Positions 35,553 to 46,493 of a stretch of 64,000 nucleotides of DNA are shown in pieces; within the stretch, counting starts at the first letter, position 1, and every line of letters begins with the position of its first letter. The DNA is taken from positions 1 through 64,000 of the IMG/VR virus record IMGVR_UViG_3300015214_000004. One strand, given 5' to 3'. Under the pieces are notes generated by a model that saw only the letters and a program-made list of their open reading frames with translations, had not been told where the DNA came from and did no database searches. Both the position numbers and the translations under genes were made by a program. This stretch comes from a virus. Its lineage: Duplodnaviria; Caudoviricetes.

Positions 35553-36329
35553 ATGAAAGACGAGATAGAATATATAAGGTTATCGAGAGAAGAACTGGAA
35601 AAAATAAAACTTGTTCCTGGAAACAATAAGGTATTGCTGAAAAAACTTACCAATAATCAAAACCAAAGGACAAAAAGCGGTATATGGATAGCGCCAAAAC
35701 CATTGATACAAAATGTTATTGACCATATAGACAGGGTATTCGAAGTTGTACAGGCTCCTGTTAAATTAAGATATGAACCAGCACATATGAGGGGATGGGT
35801 AGATAAATGGCACAAATATTTCTGGACGCCTCCTTGGAAAGCACAGATAGAAATACAAAAGGGTGACATAGTAATTTCTGCTAAAATACAGATACCAAAA
35901 AGCGTTCATGTAAAATGTGAAGATGAAATATATTTATTTCTGGACTACCATGAACTTTATTTGGCATTTAGGCCGGGAGACGGTGAAAAGGAAATAATGG
36001 GAAGGAGCATAAAAGAGATAATACCTTTAAATGGATTTGTAGTTTGTAAAACGATAAAAGATTGTTTACATTCTAAAGTAATATGGTTGCCAAAAAATCC
36101 CAATGATAAAATAAAAAGAGGCGAAGTGGTGCTTGTTGGAAAACCAAACTTAGTATATTCAAATAAGTCAGATACAGATGAAGGGTTTGAGAATTTAAAA
36201 CCAGGAATGATTATTATGAAAAAAAGCACGCTTGTGCACCGGGACTTGGAAAATGTAATGCACGCTGTATTTGATGGCGACAATGAACACTTTGTAATTC
36301 AACGGAAAGATATAATACATGCTGAATAA
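35553..36329 (+). CDS. Tandem-domain GroES-like co-chaperonin
   Basis: Two copies of the GroES pattern: KLVPGNNKVLLK..TKSGIWI..KGDIV and IPLNGFVVCK..RGEVVLVG..KPGM. Confidence 0.7.
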   Translation: MKDEIEYIRLSREELEKIKLVPGNNKVLLKKLTNNQNQRTKSGIWIAPKPLIQNVIDHIDRVFEVVQAPVKLRYEPAHMRGWVDKWHKYFWTPPWKAQIEIQKGDIVISAKIQIPKSVHVKCEDEIYLFLDYHELYLAFRPGDGEKEIMGRSIKEIIPLNGFVVCKTIKDCLHSKVIWLPKNPNDKIKRGEVVLVGKPNLVYSNKSDTDEGFENLKPGMIIMKKSTLVHRDLENVMHAVFDGDNEHFVIQRKDIIHAE

Positions 36330-36988
36330 TGGGAAAAGTAAACTTAGATAGTATAAACACAGAAAAATTTTATTTTAATCCAAAGAAACCTGATTTTGTC
36401 AGGGAATCATTTAAATATAAAGAATTTGATTTGAAAGATTTTCCAGAACTCAGGGAAAACTTATTAACATACATAATTGTTTTGTACGACAAAGAATCAC
36501 CTATAAGGAAGGACAAAGACGCCCAATTTGTACAAAAGAAAAGACATGCCGCTGAAATATCGGGATTAATGGACAGGGGCAAGATAATAGAAAAAGTGGT
36601 TGATGTCCTTTTGGGGGCAAATGACCAGTTCAATAAAGCAATGGCCAAGTACCTCACATTTCAGCATAGCCTCGAACTGACAAGGGTTGCTATATTGGAA
36701 CTTGCACAAGAGAAGGCTATTATAAACACCATGAGGGACGGTGACGCAAAGTCAATAGATTTGGCCATGAGGACAACAAAAGACCTTGAATCTGCTTTGA
36801 ACGAAGTATCTGGTGGAAGCGAATGGTATAAGATGCGGGAAGCGATACAGGAAGAAGCGTCAAAGATGATTGACGGGATAAGGGTTGAAGACCATGTTGA
36901 GATACACGAGAAAGGAGAACTTGAAAGCCCTTATCCAAATTATAAACAAAAAGACGTCAAATTTATATCACACAGAAAACCGGAATAG
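36329..36988 (+). CDS. Hypothetical protein, possible terminase small subunit
   Basis: Helical protein directly upstream of the large terminase. Confidence 0.4.
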   Translation: MGKVNLDSINTEKFYFNPKKPDFVRESFKYKEFDLKDFPELRENLLTYIIVLYDKESPIRKDKDAQFVQKKRHAAEISGLMDRGKIIEKVVDVLLGANDQFNKAMAKYLTFQHSLELTRVAILELAQEKAIINTMRDGDAKSIDLAMRTTKDLESALNEVSGGSEWYKMREAIQEEASKMIDGIRVEDHVEIHEKGELESPYPNYKQKDVKFISHRKPE

Positions 36989-37046
36989 TGACAAATCAAA
37001 AGTAGTCATGAAAAAAATATAAATTTGTAGCTCATAAACAGGGATT

Positions 37047-39410
37047 ATGAGCATATTGAATAAAGTACCAGAGAGAATTGATTATAAAGACTACTTGCCA
37101 GCAGATAAATACGTAGGAATAAACGAGGACGATTCAGTCCTGACACCAATATACCTATCACTTCCAGAACCTCCAAAATTACAATATATTGACGGATACG
37201 GTAAAAACCCATTAGAACAAAAATGGAAACGCCTTGAAACACCAAAAAGACTTGAACAACTTGAAATAAAAGCAATAGAACAATTGACAGAAGAACAGCG
37301 TGTAAACAAACACGAGACTGTAACTGCATTTAAAATACAAGAACGTTTTTGGGAACTGCTGTATGCGCAAAAAGAACATTATGAAGAAGAAATTAAATTC
37401 ATTAAAAGAATACATTATTATTTACGGTACGGTTATTGGTGTTTTATAAAAGGAAAACCTACATGGATACCACCGTTTTATTTTTTCTTTTTACAGTATT
37501 GTTTTATGCCGGAAGAAGAAATCCATTATCCTGAATTTAGGGATGCCCATAGAAAATCTGAAATATTTGAACATTATTCATATACGACCAAAGAGACGTT
37601 TGTAAATATAGACAAAGATGGGAAAGCTGTCCCTGACGAATTTGGTGATTTGTATATGCAGGAGATGAACGACCGTGTATCATATGGTGACCAAGAATCA
37701 AAAAGAAGAAGGTTTGGGGTGTCTATGAGAAGCATATGCAAATTGTTTGTAATAGCAATTACAGGTAAAGGGAGAAAATGTATAATAACATCATTTACCC
37801 CGGAGGAAGCAAAAGAGAAATTATGGGACCCGATAGTTATTCCAATATGGCAAAACCTACCGTTATTCCTAAAACCTGTCAACAACATGACAGACAATCC
37901 TGAATACTCATTAGTCTTTAATAAGCCGAGAAATTCGTTTACAAAAAAATTTCTAAATAGCCGCATAATAATGGCTGAAAACTCAAAACTGACAGCAAGT
38001 GATGGTGGCAAATCACATGGCAGGCTTGATGATGAGCAAGGAAAAATAAAAATTGTAAACACAGAAAAAAGATGGGACATAAATAAACTTACCATGTCGC
38101 AAGGTGCAAGGATATTTGGGTACGCCAAACACCCTTCTACTGTTGAAGAATTAAACGAGGGAGGAAGGGAATTTCAGAAAATGTGGGAATATTCTAATTT
38201 TTATATAAGAAAACCGAATGGACAGACATTCTCTGGGTTGTTTAGACAGTTTTGGAAAGCATGGGACGGGTATGATGGATTTATAGACCCTTGGGGGTAT
38301 TCAGTAATAGAAACGCCTACAAAAGAACAATTGCAATATGCCCCAAAAAGCGCAACATATAAATCAAAGAAAATAGGGGCGAAACAGTATATAATTGAAA
38401 ACAGGGAAATACTAAAAGCTAAAGGAGATCAGGATTCCTTAGATAAATATAGGGAGACTATACGAAAAGAGCCAATTGATTCCACGGAATGTTTTATGGG
38501 TTCCAGTGGAAGTATAGGGTTTGACATACAGATATTGGACGCAAGGATAAAAGAACTTGAATCTATGAAAAAGCAAACCGTTTCTGGTAATTTTAGGTGG
38601 GTTGCGGAAAGATTTGGCAGGGTAGAATGGGATCCGTCAGAAAACGGCAAATTTGAAAAGTCATTTGATTTGAACCCAAACGAAACAAATAGGAGATTGC
38701 CAGGGGAAACATATTCTGTAATACAAGGAAAAATGATACCTTCATGGAGGCCTGAGCATCCAAATAAGTTTATTATAGGAGTAGACCCTATTGAATATAC
38801 CAACAAGTCAGAGGCTAAATTACTTGACAAAAAAATAAGGCAAAGTGATTTTGCGTTAGCGTTAAAAATAAGAAAATTAAAAACAGACATCGATCTTGAT
38901 AAAAGAAAATGGGAGGGGTGTCTTGCTGGGTTGACGTATAGGTATAGGACTGAATCAATAGATGAAATGTGCGAAGACGTTTTAATGGCAGCTATATGGT
39001 CTGAATCTCTTATATTTTTTGAACGAAACAAAGGAACAACACTTTGGAGAAACATAATTGAATGGGGGTTTGCCGGGTATCTTGGATATGGTACATCCCC
39101 TGACGGGAAGGTAAACGATTCACCGGGAACATATATTCAGGGAACAAATAAAAACGAAGGGTTCGAATTGACAAGCGACCATATAAAATTTAGGGGGCAT
39201 AAGGAAAACCATATAGCGCTATTAAAAGAATTTAGAGAAATACCTGGTCCCGAAATGTTAAAAAAATATGACCTTGTTGCAGCATGGATACAATGTGAAT
39301 TAGGGGAGAGGTCTGGATATGTTGATTACCTTGAACAGGTAAATACAGAAAGCTCTTTGGACATAAGTGTATTTATGGAATATATGAATTCTCAAAATTA
39401 TTTATCGTAA
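37047..39410 (+). CDS. terL: Terminase large subunit
   Basis: Walker A-like KRRRFGVS, Walker B LDDEQGK, nuclease IGVDP..SD and FFERNKG; upstream of the portal. Confidence 0.85.
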   Translation: MSILNKVPERIDYKDYLPADKYVGINEDDSVLTPIYLSLPEPPKLQYIDGYGKNPLEQKWKRLETPKRLEQLEIKAIEQLTEEQRVNKHETVTAFKIQERFWELLYAQKEHYEEEIKFIKRIHYYLRYGYWCFIKGKPTWIPPFYFFFLQYCFMPEEEIHYPEFRDAHRKSEIFEHYSYTTKETFVNIDKDGKAVPDEFGDLYMQEMNDRVSYGDQESKRRRFGVSMRSICKLFVIAITGKGRKCIITSFTPEEAKEKLWDPIVIPIWQNLPLFLKPVNNMTDNPEYSLVFNKPRNSFTKKFLNSRIIMAENSKLTASDGGKSHGRLDDEQGKIKIVNTEKRWDINKLTMSQGARIFGYAKHPSTVEELNEGGREFQKMWEYSNFYIRKPNGQTFSGLFRQFWKAWDGYDGFIDPWGYSVIETPTKEQLQYAPKSATYKSKKIGAKQYIIENREILKAKGDQDSLDKYRETIRKEPIDSTECFMGSSGSIGFDIQILDARIKELESMKKQTVSGNFRWVAERFGRVEWDPSENGKFEKSFDLNPNETNRRLPGETYSVIQGKMIPSWRPEHPNKFIIGVDPIEYTNKSEAKLLDKKIRQSDFALALKIRKLKTDIDLDKRKWEGCLAGLTYRYRTESIDEMCEDVLMAAIWSESLIFFERNKGTTLWRNIIEWGFAGYLGYGTSPDGKVNDSPGTYIQGTNKNEGFELTSDHIKFRGHKENHIALLKEFREIPGPEMLKKYDLVAAWIQCELGERSGYVDYLEQVNTESSLDISVFMEYMNSQNYLS

Positions 39411-39434
39411 TCAATAACTTTGTATAAAAAAAAG

Positions 39435-41783
39435 ATGTACAGGGACGAAAAATATGTCAATGGCACTTTTCTTATGCCAGATTTTGAAAACACACCTTTT
39501 GAAGAAAAGAAGAAAAAAGAATTCTGCATATCGGTAGGAAAGTGGCTATATCATTTACATTTGAATGACAAAACGGCAATACCAGCTTCGCTTGAACCAT
39601 TGTTTCAATTGGCAAGGTTATATGGGGAAGGAAAGCAGCCTAAAGAAATATATGAAAAAACACCAAATAAAAGCAGTTCAACCGGCACAACAAATTATTT
39701 TGACAGAGAGGTAAGAAGAAAAGGGCTTGCCAATCAAAATGACAGGATAGTATCGTTGATGCCTAAGATAAAATCTATTATTATCCCAATGTTAAAAAAT
39801 ATAGATTTTGATGTTAGGTGTGATGCTGTTGACCCGGTGTCTGGATCAGAAGAAGAAGATAAGATGATGAGGGTATGGATGCGGTCACATCTTGGCGGTG
39901 TCCTTGATGAAATAGCATTAAGGGCTGGCCTTCCTATAACAAACGATGAGATATTCCCGGAAGATTCAAACGACTTAAAGCAATTAAGAATGGAAGGTAT
40001 GTTCAAGCCAGAACATACAATTGAAGTGGAGGAAATAATAAAGCATATACTGAACATATCAAAATGGGACGAAGAGCTTAGTGAAAAGTTTTCAAACGAA
40101 GCGTTGGACACGGGATATATCTGCGGATATTGTGATTATGACTATGAAGACAAATCAGAAAAAATACATTTTTCATACCCGGAAGACACAATAAAACAAT
40201 ATTCAAAATCAAGGATGTATGCTGATTCAGATTTTGAAGGTGTAATAATTGATTATCCTATTTCAATTTTAAGATTAATATTACCTGATGTAAGTTTAAC
40301 GGAATGGATGAATTTGGCCAAAAAATTTCAAGGGTATAAAGGGAATCAAAATATAGCTGATTTTAACAGGTGGTCAGACACGTATTCAGGTTATGGGTCA
40401 CCGTGGGACGAATTTAATGTCCCTGTGTTTTGTTATAATTGGACAGATGTTGAAAAACAAGAAAAAGTAAAATATACTACCAAAAAAGGCAAAAAAGTAA
40501 TTTCAGATAAAGACAGGACAATAGAATCGCTTCATACAAAAGACAACTTGTTTACACACAGAAGAAGGTTAAAAATGGGATGTAAATGGATATTATGTAC
40601 AGACCTTGCATGGGATTATGGTCCATATCCGAACCAACCACACAAAATGACCAGGCCGTTGTCATCTGTATTTATATATCGGTTCCCCTATGAATCTCTT
40701 ACTATACGTTGTATGCCTTTAATGGACGATTTACAGTTTGCTTGGAAGAAATATAATGATGCAATGGCCAAAGCGTTTCCTGGGGCGGTGGCCATAGATA
40801 TAAGCATGTTAAATAACATTAGCGATAACAAGAGCCCTGGAAGGAAATTAGATTGGACGGAAAACATAAAAAACATGTACAATACAGGGATATTGGCATT
40901 TATGCCAAACCCTATAAATGTACATGTCACCGCAAGCGGTGGAGGGATACCAATACACGAAATACCGTCAACTGTATTGAAAGCATTGTCAGAATACTTA
41001 TCTGTCATAAACCAGATAGTGTTGTTATTTGAAACATTTACGGGGTTTAGTCCTGTGTTTTTAGGAGGTACGCCAACAGACAAACAAGCGGTAAAGAATA
41101 CGGAATTATCTTACAATTCTACATTAAAATCATTACAACATGTTGTAGACGGTAAAGGTCTTTTTAAACAAGCGGCAGCGGAATATTGCGCTGAACGCAT
41201 GAGGATAATACTTGAAATAGATGAAGACGCAAGAAAAGTATATGAAAGCATTATAGGTGTTGAAGGCGTATCTCTTATTAGAATGGCTAAAAAAAGAGGC
41301 GCACAATACGGGTTTAAAATGGCTGCACGTCCGTCAGACCAAGACAAACAGGCTGTAATAGAACAAGCAACATTATCATATCAAGCGCATCAACAAGGAC
41401 AGCCAGGATTAAATGAAGGGCAAAGGACACGTATTATATTTATGGTAAACAGCGGTGTCAATCTTGGGAATGTGTCAAGGTATATGGATATGTGGATACG
41501 TAAAGACAGAAAAGAAAAAGAAATAGCCCAAATACGTATGGTACAGGCACAAAGCCAAGAGGTACAAAAACAAGACCAAACAAGGGGCGCTATAAAAGAA
41601 GCGGAAGATAAACGGGCGTATCAGGACAAAGTAAATTTTGACAAAATAGAAACCGATAATAACATTAGGGAAATAGTTGTACAGAAAGACTGGGAAAGGA
41701 AAATAAAACAGGCTGAAAGGAACGCACAATATAAACAATCATTAAAAGAAGAAATAAATGCCGGGGCTTCATCCAAAATCTAA
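39435..41783 (+). CDS. Portal protein
   Basis: About 780 aa following terL. It begins with a K..EF...V..W..GKQ..Y pattern like Bacteroidota phage portals and has a coiled-coil C-terminus. Confidence 0.75.
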   Translation: MYRDEKYVNGTFLMPDFENTPFEEKKKKEFCISVGKWLYHLHLNDKTAIPASLEPLFQLARLYGEGKQPKEIYEKTPNKSSSTGTTNYFDREVRRKGLANQNDRIVSLMPKIKSIIIPMLKNIDFDVRCDAVDPVSGSEEEDKMMRVWMRSHLGGVLDEIALRAGLPITNDEIFPEDSNDLKQLRMEGMFKPEHTIEVEEIIKHILNISKWDEELSEKFSNEALDTGYICGYCDYDYEDKSEKIHFSYPEDTIKQYSKSRMYADSDFEGVIIDYPISILRLILPDVSLTEWMNLAKKFQGYKGNQNIADFNRWSDTYSGYGSPWDEFNVPVFCYNWTDVEKQEKVKYTTKKGKKVISDKDRTIESLHTKDNLFTHRRRLKMGCKWILCTDLAWDYGPYPNQPHKMTRPLSSVFIYRFPYESLTIRCMPLMDDLQFAWKKYNDAMAKAFPGAVAIDISMLNNISDNKSPGRKLDWTENIKNMYNTGILAFMPNPINVHVTASGGGIPIHEIPSTVLKALSEYLSVINQIVLLFETFTGFSPVFLGGTPTDKQAVKNTELSYNSTLKSLQHVVDGKGLFKQAAAEYCAERMRIILEIDEDARKVYESIIGVEGVSLIRMAKKRGAQYGFKMAARPSDQDKQAVIEQATLSYQAHQQGQPGLNEGQRTRIIFMVNSGVNLGNVSRYMDMWIRKDRKEKEIAQIRMVQAQSQEVQKQDQTRGAIKEAEDKRAYQDKVNFDKIETDNNIREIVVQKDWERKIKQAERNAQYKQSLKEEINAGASSKI

Positions 41784-42384
41784 ATTAGAGATAATTGAGA
41801 ATATAGAGAAAAAGAATGTTGATGACATAGATTATATTGATGTCATGGACAAAATTGAATCTATGATGGAAAAATATTCTACTGTTGACACGGGGGATGA
41901 AACATTAGAATCCTTTGATTATTCTGTTTTAAAAGGCATGTCCCCTAAAAGCATAACTGATTTTGTTTATGACAACAAAGAAGCATTAGAAAAAGAATAT
42001 GGAATAACAAATGAAAACATTGATAAATTTATATCAGGCATTAACAAAGCAAATATAATTCCATATAAGGCACGTAAATCTGGTGGAATTAAGGATGAAT
42101 ATGGAAATATAATAAATACTGGACAGAAATGGGGGTTTTATAAAGAAATAGATCGTTATGAAAAAGCAAACGACCGTCAAAACAAACCTATATATTTAAG
42201 ATATTACAAAGATGGCACATATGATGTTTTAGATGAACCAACATTTAATGATGAAAAATATTTTAACCTATTGCCAGAAAACATGAAAAATAAAACAGCA
42301 ATACCGATAAATGAAGGGGAAATGGAAAAATCACAAAGAGAATTAATGTATGACCGTATATTGTCGCATCAATCTAAGCTGTAA
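41758..42384 (+). CDS. Hypothetical protein between portal and scaffold
   Basis: AT-rich ORF with no recognised motif. Confidence 0.45.
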   Translation: MPGLHPKSKLEIIENIEKKNVDDIDYIDVMDKIESMMEKYSTVDTGDETLESFDYSVLKGMSPKSITDFVYDNKEALEKEYGITNENIDKFISGINKANIIPYKARKSGGIKDEYGNIINTGQKWGFYKEIDRYEKANDRQNKPIYLRYYKDGTYDVLDEPTFNDEKYFNLLPENMKNKTAIPINEGEMEKSQRELMYDRILSHQSKL

Positions 42385-42450
42385 GTCACTTTTTGAAAAA
42401 TGAAAAATTTAATATATATTTTTGTAAGGAACAAATAACAAACAAACATT

Positions 42451-43635
42451 ATGGCAGATGAAAATTTAAACAGCAACGCAGAAACAGTTGAAACAGGAGG
42501 CCGGGCTACAACAGAAGGCCAACCAGTAGAAAATAAGTCAAGTATTGACATTGAAAGTTTAAATACGTTCCTTGAAATACCAGAAGACAAAAGGTTTAAA
42601 TCGGCAGATGAATTTAAGTCCACTTATTCAGACATGCACGGCAGATATGACCAGTATAAAGATGTAGAAAGGGTAAAAAAAGAATTGGGTGAGAAGCAAT
42701 CTGAGTATGAAACCCATATGAAGGAGGTAGAAGCCCTTTACCAAGAAGCAAACCCGGAGAAAATATTTGGAAGCAAAGAGGCGTACAAAAATTATTTGAT
42801 ACGCCAACAAATAACACAGGACGGGTCAAAAGATGCCGGTGTTGTTGACACAATATTAAACAACGACATAAGCAAGTTTGATGAATTGGAGCTTATCTTT
42901 TACAATAAAATGATGAATATCCCAGGATTAGATATGAACGAAGCGATTGGTGATATCATATTTAATGATTTAAGAAAAAGCGAAGATGATTTTGTTGACG
43001 AAGATGGCAATAAAATCCCATTGGACAAAATTAACAAAGCCGAATTATTCAAGATTTTGAAACCTCATGAAGTTGGCAAATTGAAAGCAATGGCTGCAAA
43101 TGCAAAGAAAGAACTATTGTCCATAAAGAACACTGACGTTCAGGCGGACAATAATTATTTCACATCGTTTCAGGCAAAACGTGATGCTGAAAAGAAAGCC
43201 AAAGAGGACAAAATAAATTCTTTAAAGGAATCATGGAAACCGGTGTACGATTCTTTTAAAGACATTAAAAGCGTTCAATTGACAGAGAAAGACAAAGAAG
43301 GAAACGAACAAGTTATTTTTGACTTCCCGATTGACAGTGGGGTATTGTCAAAGATGGACAAAATCGCAGAGGAGTATGTCGTATTTCATAACATTGAACG
43401 GACTGACGAGAACATCCAAAAGGTGAAGGATGATCTTATTGATGGGTACGCAAGTAAAAATTGGAGGAAACTTGTTACGGCTGCACTTACCCAGTCTGCG
43501 CAACGGGAAGTGGAGAAAAACATTTCTGAAAGGGAAAACAGGCAACCCATGAACACCAGGTTAAACACCGAACAGCCTACAACGGATGTAGCCAAAATTA
43601 ACGATGAAAGGCTCCGAAAGGCAGGTTTTATTTAG
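42451..43635 (+). CDS. Putative capsid scaffolding protein
   Basis: Acidic, helical protein directly upstream of the capsid candidate. Confidence 0.6.
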   Translation: MADENLNSNAETVETGGRATTEGQPVENKSSIDIESLNTFLEIPEDKRFKSADEFKSTYSDMHGRYDQYKDVERVKKELGEKQSEYETHMKEVEALYQEANPEKIFGSKEAYKNYLIRQQITQDGSKDAGVVDTILNNDISKFDELELIFYNKMMNIPGLDMNEAIGDIIFNDLRKSEDDFVDEDGNKIPLDKINKAELFKILKPHEVGKLKAMAANAKKELLSIKNTDVQADNNYFTSFQAKRDAEKKAKEDKINSLKESWKPVYDSFKDIKSVQLTEKDKEGNEQVIFDFPIDSGVLSKMDKIAEEYVVFHNIERTDENIQKVKDDLIDGYASKNWRKLVTAALTQSAQREVEKNISERENRQPMNTRLNTEQPTTDVAKINDERLRKAGFI

Positions 43636-43657
43636 TAACAATTAAAATTTAAAAAAA

Positions 43658-45181
43658 ATGGCTTTAACAACAAATATTACAATGCCCGAATCCGGCGTAA
43701 GGCAGGGGGCGTTTCGTTCAGCGTGGATAAATTCCTCGTTTTTGGACGACCAGACATTCCGTAAAATGTTCAATCAAGCGGGCAATGTACCGTTAATGGT
43801 TGACTTTCTTGATAAACCTGAAAGCAAAATTTATATTGCAAACCAGGATATGGATATTTATGAAAAACAATATCCTGAAATGGCGTTATTATTAGCTGCC
43901 GATATTACTGCCGGTGCAGCAGGTGCTACAATTAATGCAGTAGTGGATTCATCACAGATTACCGGAGGAAAACATGCGTTCAGGGTAGGCAAATCATTGT
44001 TTGTACCGGCTGAATATATGCCAGCAGGAGTTGTTATACCACAGGAATATATCATTGAATCACTTGCAACTACCAATAGTGCAAATGATACATGTGTTTG
44101 CCGTCCTGTAAATGCAACTGGAACATATTCAACAGCAGCCCAGATTACATCAACTATACCGGCAGGTGAATACCTTTCATTAGGGGCTGGTGCATCTGGT
44201 CCTGAAACAGGTCAACCAGAAGGATTGACATATAGTTGGGCAAAAAAGACATTTAGTCCACGTGTCATCAAAGAAACCGGTAAGTTAGGTGTAGGTGTTG
44301 CCGCAAAACAATGGCTTGAACCGATCAAACTTGACCTTATTGGCGGTGGAGAAGGTATATTAAGCAGGATACGTGTTGATTTGGAAAAAAGGTTGCGTAA
44401 ACAATCTGACCTTTCATTTATAGCCGGTCAAAGGGATGACAATGCTGCATTAGTTGCAACGTCTGACTTTGGTGATTCAAACCTGATAAAATCAAGTGAC
44501 GGTATTGGACATTTGGCTGCACAGTATGCGCAGAATGTTATAATGCCTTCAAGTGGCGACATAGTGATTGACGACTTTGACAATCTTGCTGAGGTATGGG
44601 AATCAGTAGGCATGGAGGCCCGAAACGCAATTGCATACATGTCTCCTGTTGTAAACAGGATGCTGCAACGTTCAGGTCTTGATATAATCAAAGATTATTC
44701 AGGAGGTTCAGACCTATTAAACCGTGAAAAAACAAGGCTTGGTATAACATTGCAAGGCATTACCCGTGGAGGCATCAATTATACGTTTTATCCATTGGCT
44801 ACATTGACCGATCCGGCAGGTCTTGGCGCTAAAAAGTCAAATGGTACATATATGTATCCACAATATGCCGAGATGATGCTTATTGTACCTGAAATGGACA
44901 TTGAAATGAAAATGGCAGGCTCATATGCTAATTATTCATCAGGAGAAAGATATTCAGCAGGGACAGTTGGTAAATTTCCTAACATGTTTTTAGGTGTTAT
45001 CGAGAACAATGGCGAATCACTTGAAAGATGGGGAGGTATTTATGAAGGACCTAATGGATTTAGCGGTCCTGACGGTAAAGTTTCTACCGACAAAGCAAAA
45101 ATTGAAGTATATCACAACACCTCAATAATGCTTATCTGGGGAGAAATCAATAAGTGTATTTACGTAAGAAGGAAACATTAG
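43658..45181 (+). CDS. Major capsid protein
   Basis: 507 aa in the capsid position, with Gly/Ala-rich composition and a strong terminator downstream. Confidence 0.75.
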   Translation: MALTTNITMPESGVRQGAFRSAWINSSFLDDQTFRKMFNQAGNVPLMVDFLDKPESKIYIANQDMDIYEKQYPEMALLLAADITAGAAGATINAVVDSSQITGGKHAFRVGKSLFVPAEYMPAGVVIPQEYIIESLATTNSANDTCVCRPVNATGTYSTAAQITSTIPAGEYLSLGAGASGPETGQPEGLTYSWAKKTFSPRVIKETGKLGVGVAAKQWLEPIKLDLIGGGEGILSRIRVDLEKRLRKQSDLSFIAGQRDDNAALVATSDFGDSNLIKSSDGIGHLAAQYAQNVIMPSSGDIVIDDFDNLAEVWESVGMEARNAIAYMSPVVNRMLQRSGLDIIKDYSGGSDLLNREKTRLGITLQGITRGGINYTFYPLATLTDPAGLGAKKSNGTYMYPQYAEMMLIVPEMDIEMKMAGSYANYSSGERYSAGTVGKFPNMFLGVIENNGESLERWGGIYEGPNGFSGPDGKVSTDKAKIEVYHNTSIMLIWGEINKCIYVRRKH

Positions 45182-45188
45182 TCAATAT

Positions 45189-45214
45189 AAGGGGGATTTA
45201 TTTCCCCCTTAACT
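45189..45214 (+). terminator. Terminator after the capsid gene
   Basis: AAGGGGGA..TCCCCCTT. Confidence 0.8.
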
Positions 45215-45247
45215 TTTATAATTTAATAAATAAACAAACAAAGAATT

Positions 45248-46393
45248 ATGCTTTTAGTAAACATGAAACAAATTGACGATAACTCTAAAATCGGTCAATT
45301 TATGAACGCAAAAGTTGCCAAATACCAGGCAATGGATAAACCAATCGAGTTTGAAAGTTATTTACAGAAGATCAGAAAAAGGTTTTTGGTAGATGAGACA
45401 GGTTCTCCTACCGGAATGAGGGAGAGGACACAGGGATTATGGATAGGTACACAGGAAAGATATGTTGTTCCGGGAGTAGGAAGTGTTATTGTAAATTATG
45501 TCGATAACCTTCCAAATGTAAAACCAGACGGAACTTATGATGTAAAAAAAGGTTTAATTGGCATAACAAACGGAATATTAAGGATTGTTCCGAGCGAAAA
45601 CCCGGACAAAGCCTTTTTTCTATGTGAAATATCAAGTATAACAAAAGACGGTGAAATATCTATTGTTGACAGGGTATCAGAGGACAAACAGGAGAATGAT
45701 AAGATTGCAGATGCCAGTATGGTAGATTTTATGGTCAGCCATAAAAGTTCACCAATATCGCCTGAGACAATAGGAAGTGAAAACATAATCAGGGACTTAG
45801 CGGCAGCGTGGGGCGTCTCTGACAGTGAGAACAAACCATTGCCTACCATAAGGAAAGAATTGAGGTTAAACGTCCATAACAGCCACAAGAAAAAACAAAC
45901 AACAAAACGTGGTTATGATGAATTTTTTAGGGACATTAACGATGCCCAAAGAGGTGGCAATGCAGAGATAAAAATGAGAAAAGACATACAACTTGCCATT
46001 GAGAAAAACAAAATATCTCATGTTGAAACAAGGGTAGTATTATTTCCAGGCACAACAGTTGAAAGGGAATTGTTAAGGCATCGCCCAACAGAATCCGATG
46101 TATGGATCGATAAATTATTGACATATTTATTGGCCAACCCCGACACGCTGAAAGAATTACGTGATGAACTGTATTTTGTTGAATCAATGACCCAAGAAGA
46201 AAAAGGCCGGAATTTTGATATATTGAACATACAGGACAAAATTGAACAGGTTGGAAAGATGAAAGCATGGACGCAGGTATTAAAATTGTACAAAGAAGAA
46301 TGCGGCTTGTCAGAAGACGATATACCGGAAGCAAACAAAATGGCTTACGTTAAAGAAAAGATTATTGAGTATTATAAAAATACCGGAAATTAA
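45248..46393 (+). CDS. Hypothetical morphogenesis-region protein
   Basis: Follows the capsid gene and is followed by a terminator at 46418-46449. Confidence 0.5.
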   Translation: MLLVNMKQIDDNSKIGQFMNAKVAKYQAMDKPIEFESYLQKIRKRFLVDETGSPTGMRERTQGLWIGTQERYVVPGVGSVIVNYVDNLPNVKPDGTYDVKKGLIGITNGILRIVPSENPDKAFFLCEISSITKDGEISIVDRVSEDKQENDKIADASMVDFMVSHKSSPISPETIGSENIIRDLAAAWGVSDSENKPLPTIRKELRLNVHNSHKKKQTTKRGYDEFFRDINDAQRGGNAEIKMRKDIQLAIEKNKISHVETRVVLFPGTTVERELLRHRPTESDVWIDKLLTYLLANPDTLKELRDELYFVESMTQEEKGRNFDILNIQDKIEQVGKMKAWTQVLKLYKEECGLSEDDIPEANKMAYVKEKIIEYYKNTGN

Positions 46394-46493
46394 TTCCTGT
46401 TTGTTTATTTGTTTAATGCCCCGTTTCACGTATGTGTTCGGGGTTTTTTAATTTCAAAGAATTTAATATATTAAATTTGTTAAAAAAAAAAGG

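Noticed and set aside
37574-41738. Many minus-strand ORFs of 60-210 aa opposite terminase and portal (and similar ones throughout the window)
   Set aside because: Ser/Phe/Leu/Ile-rich shadows of A-rich coding strands that fully overlap well-supported genes.
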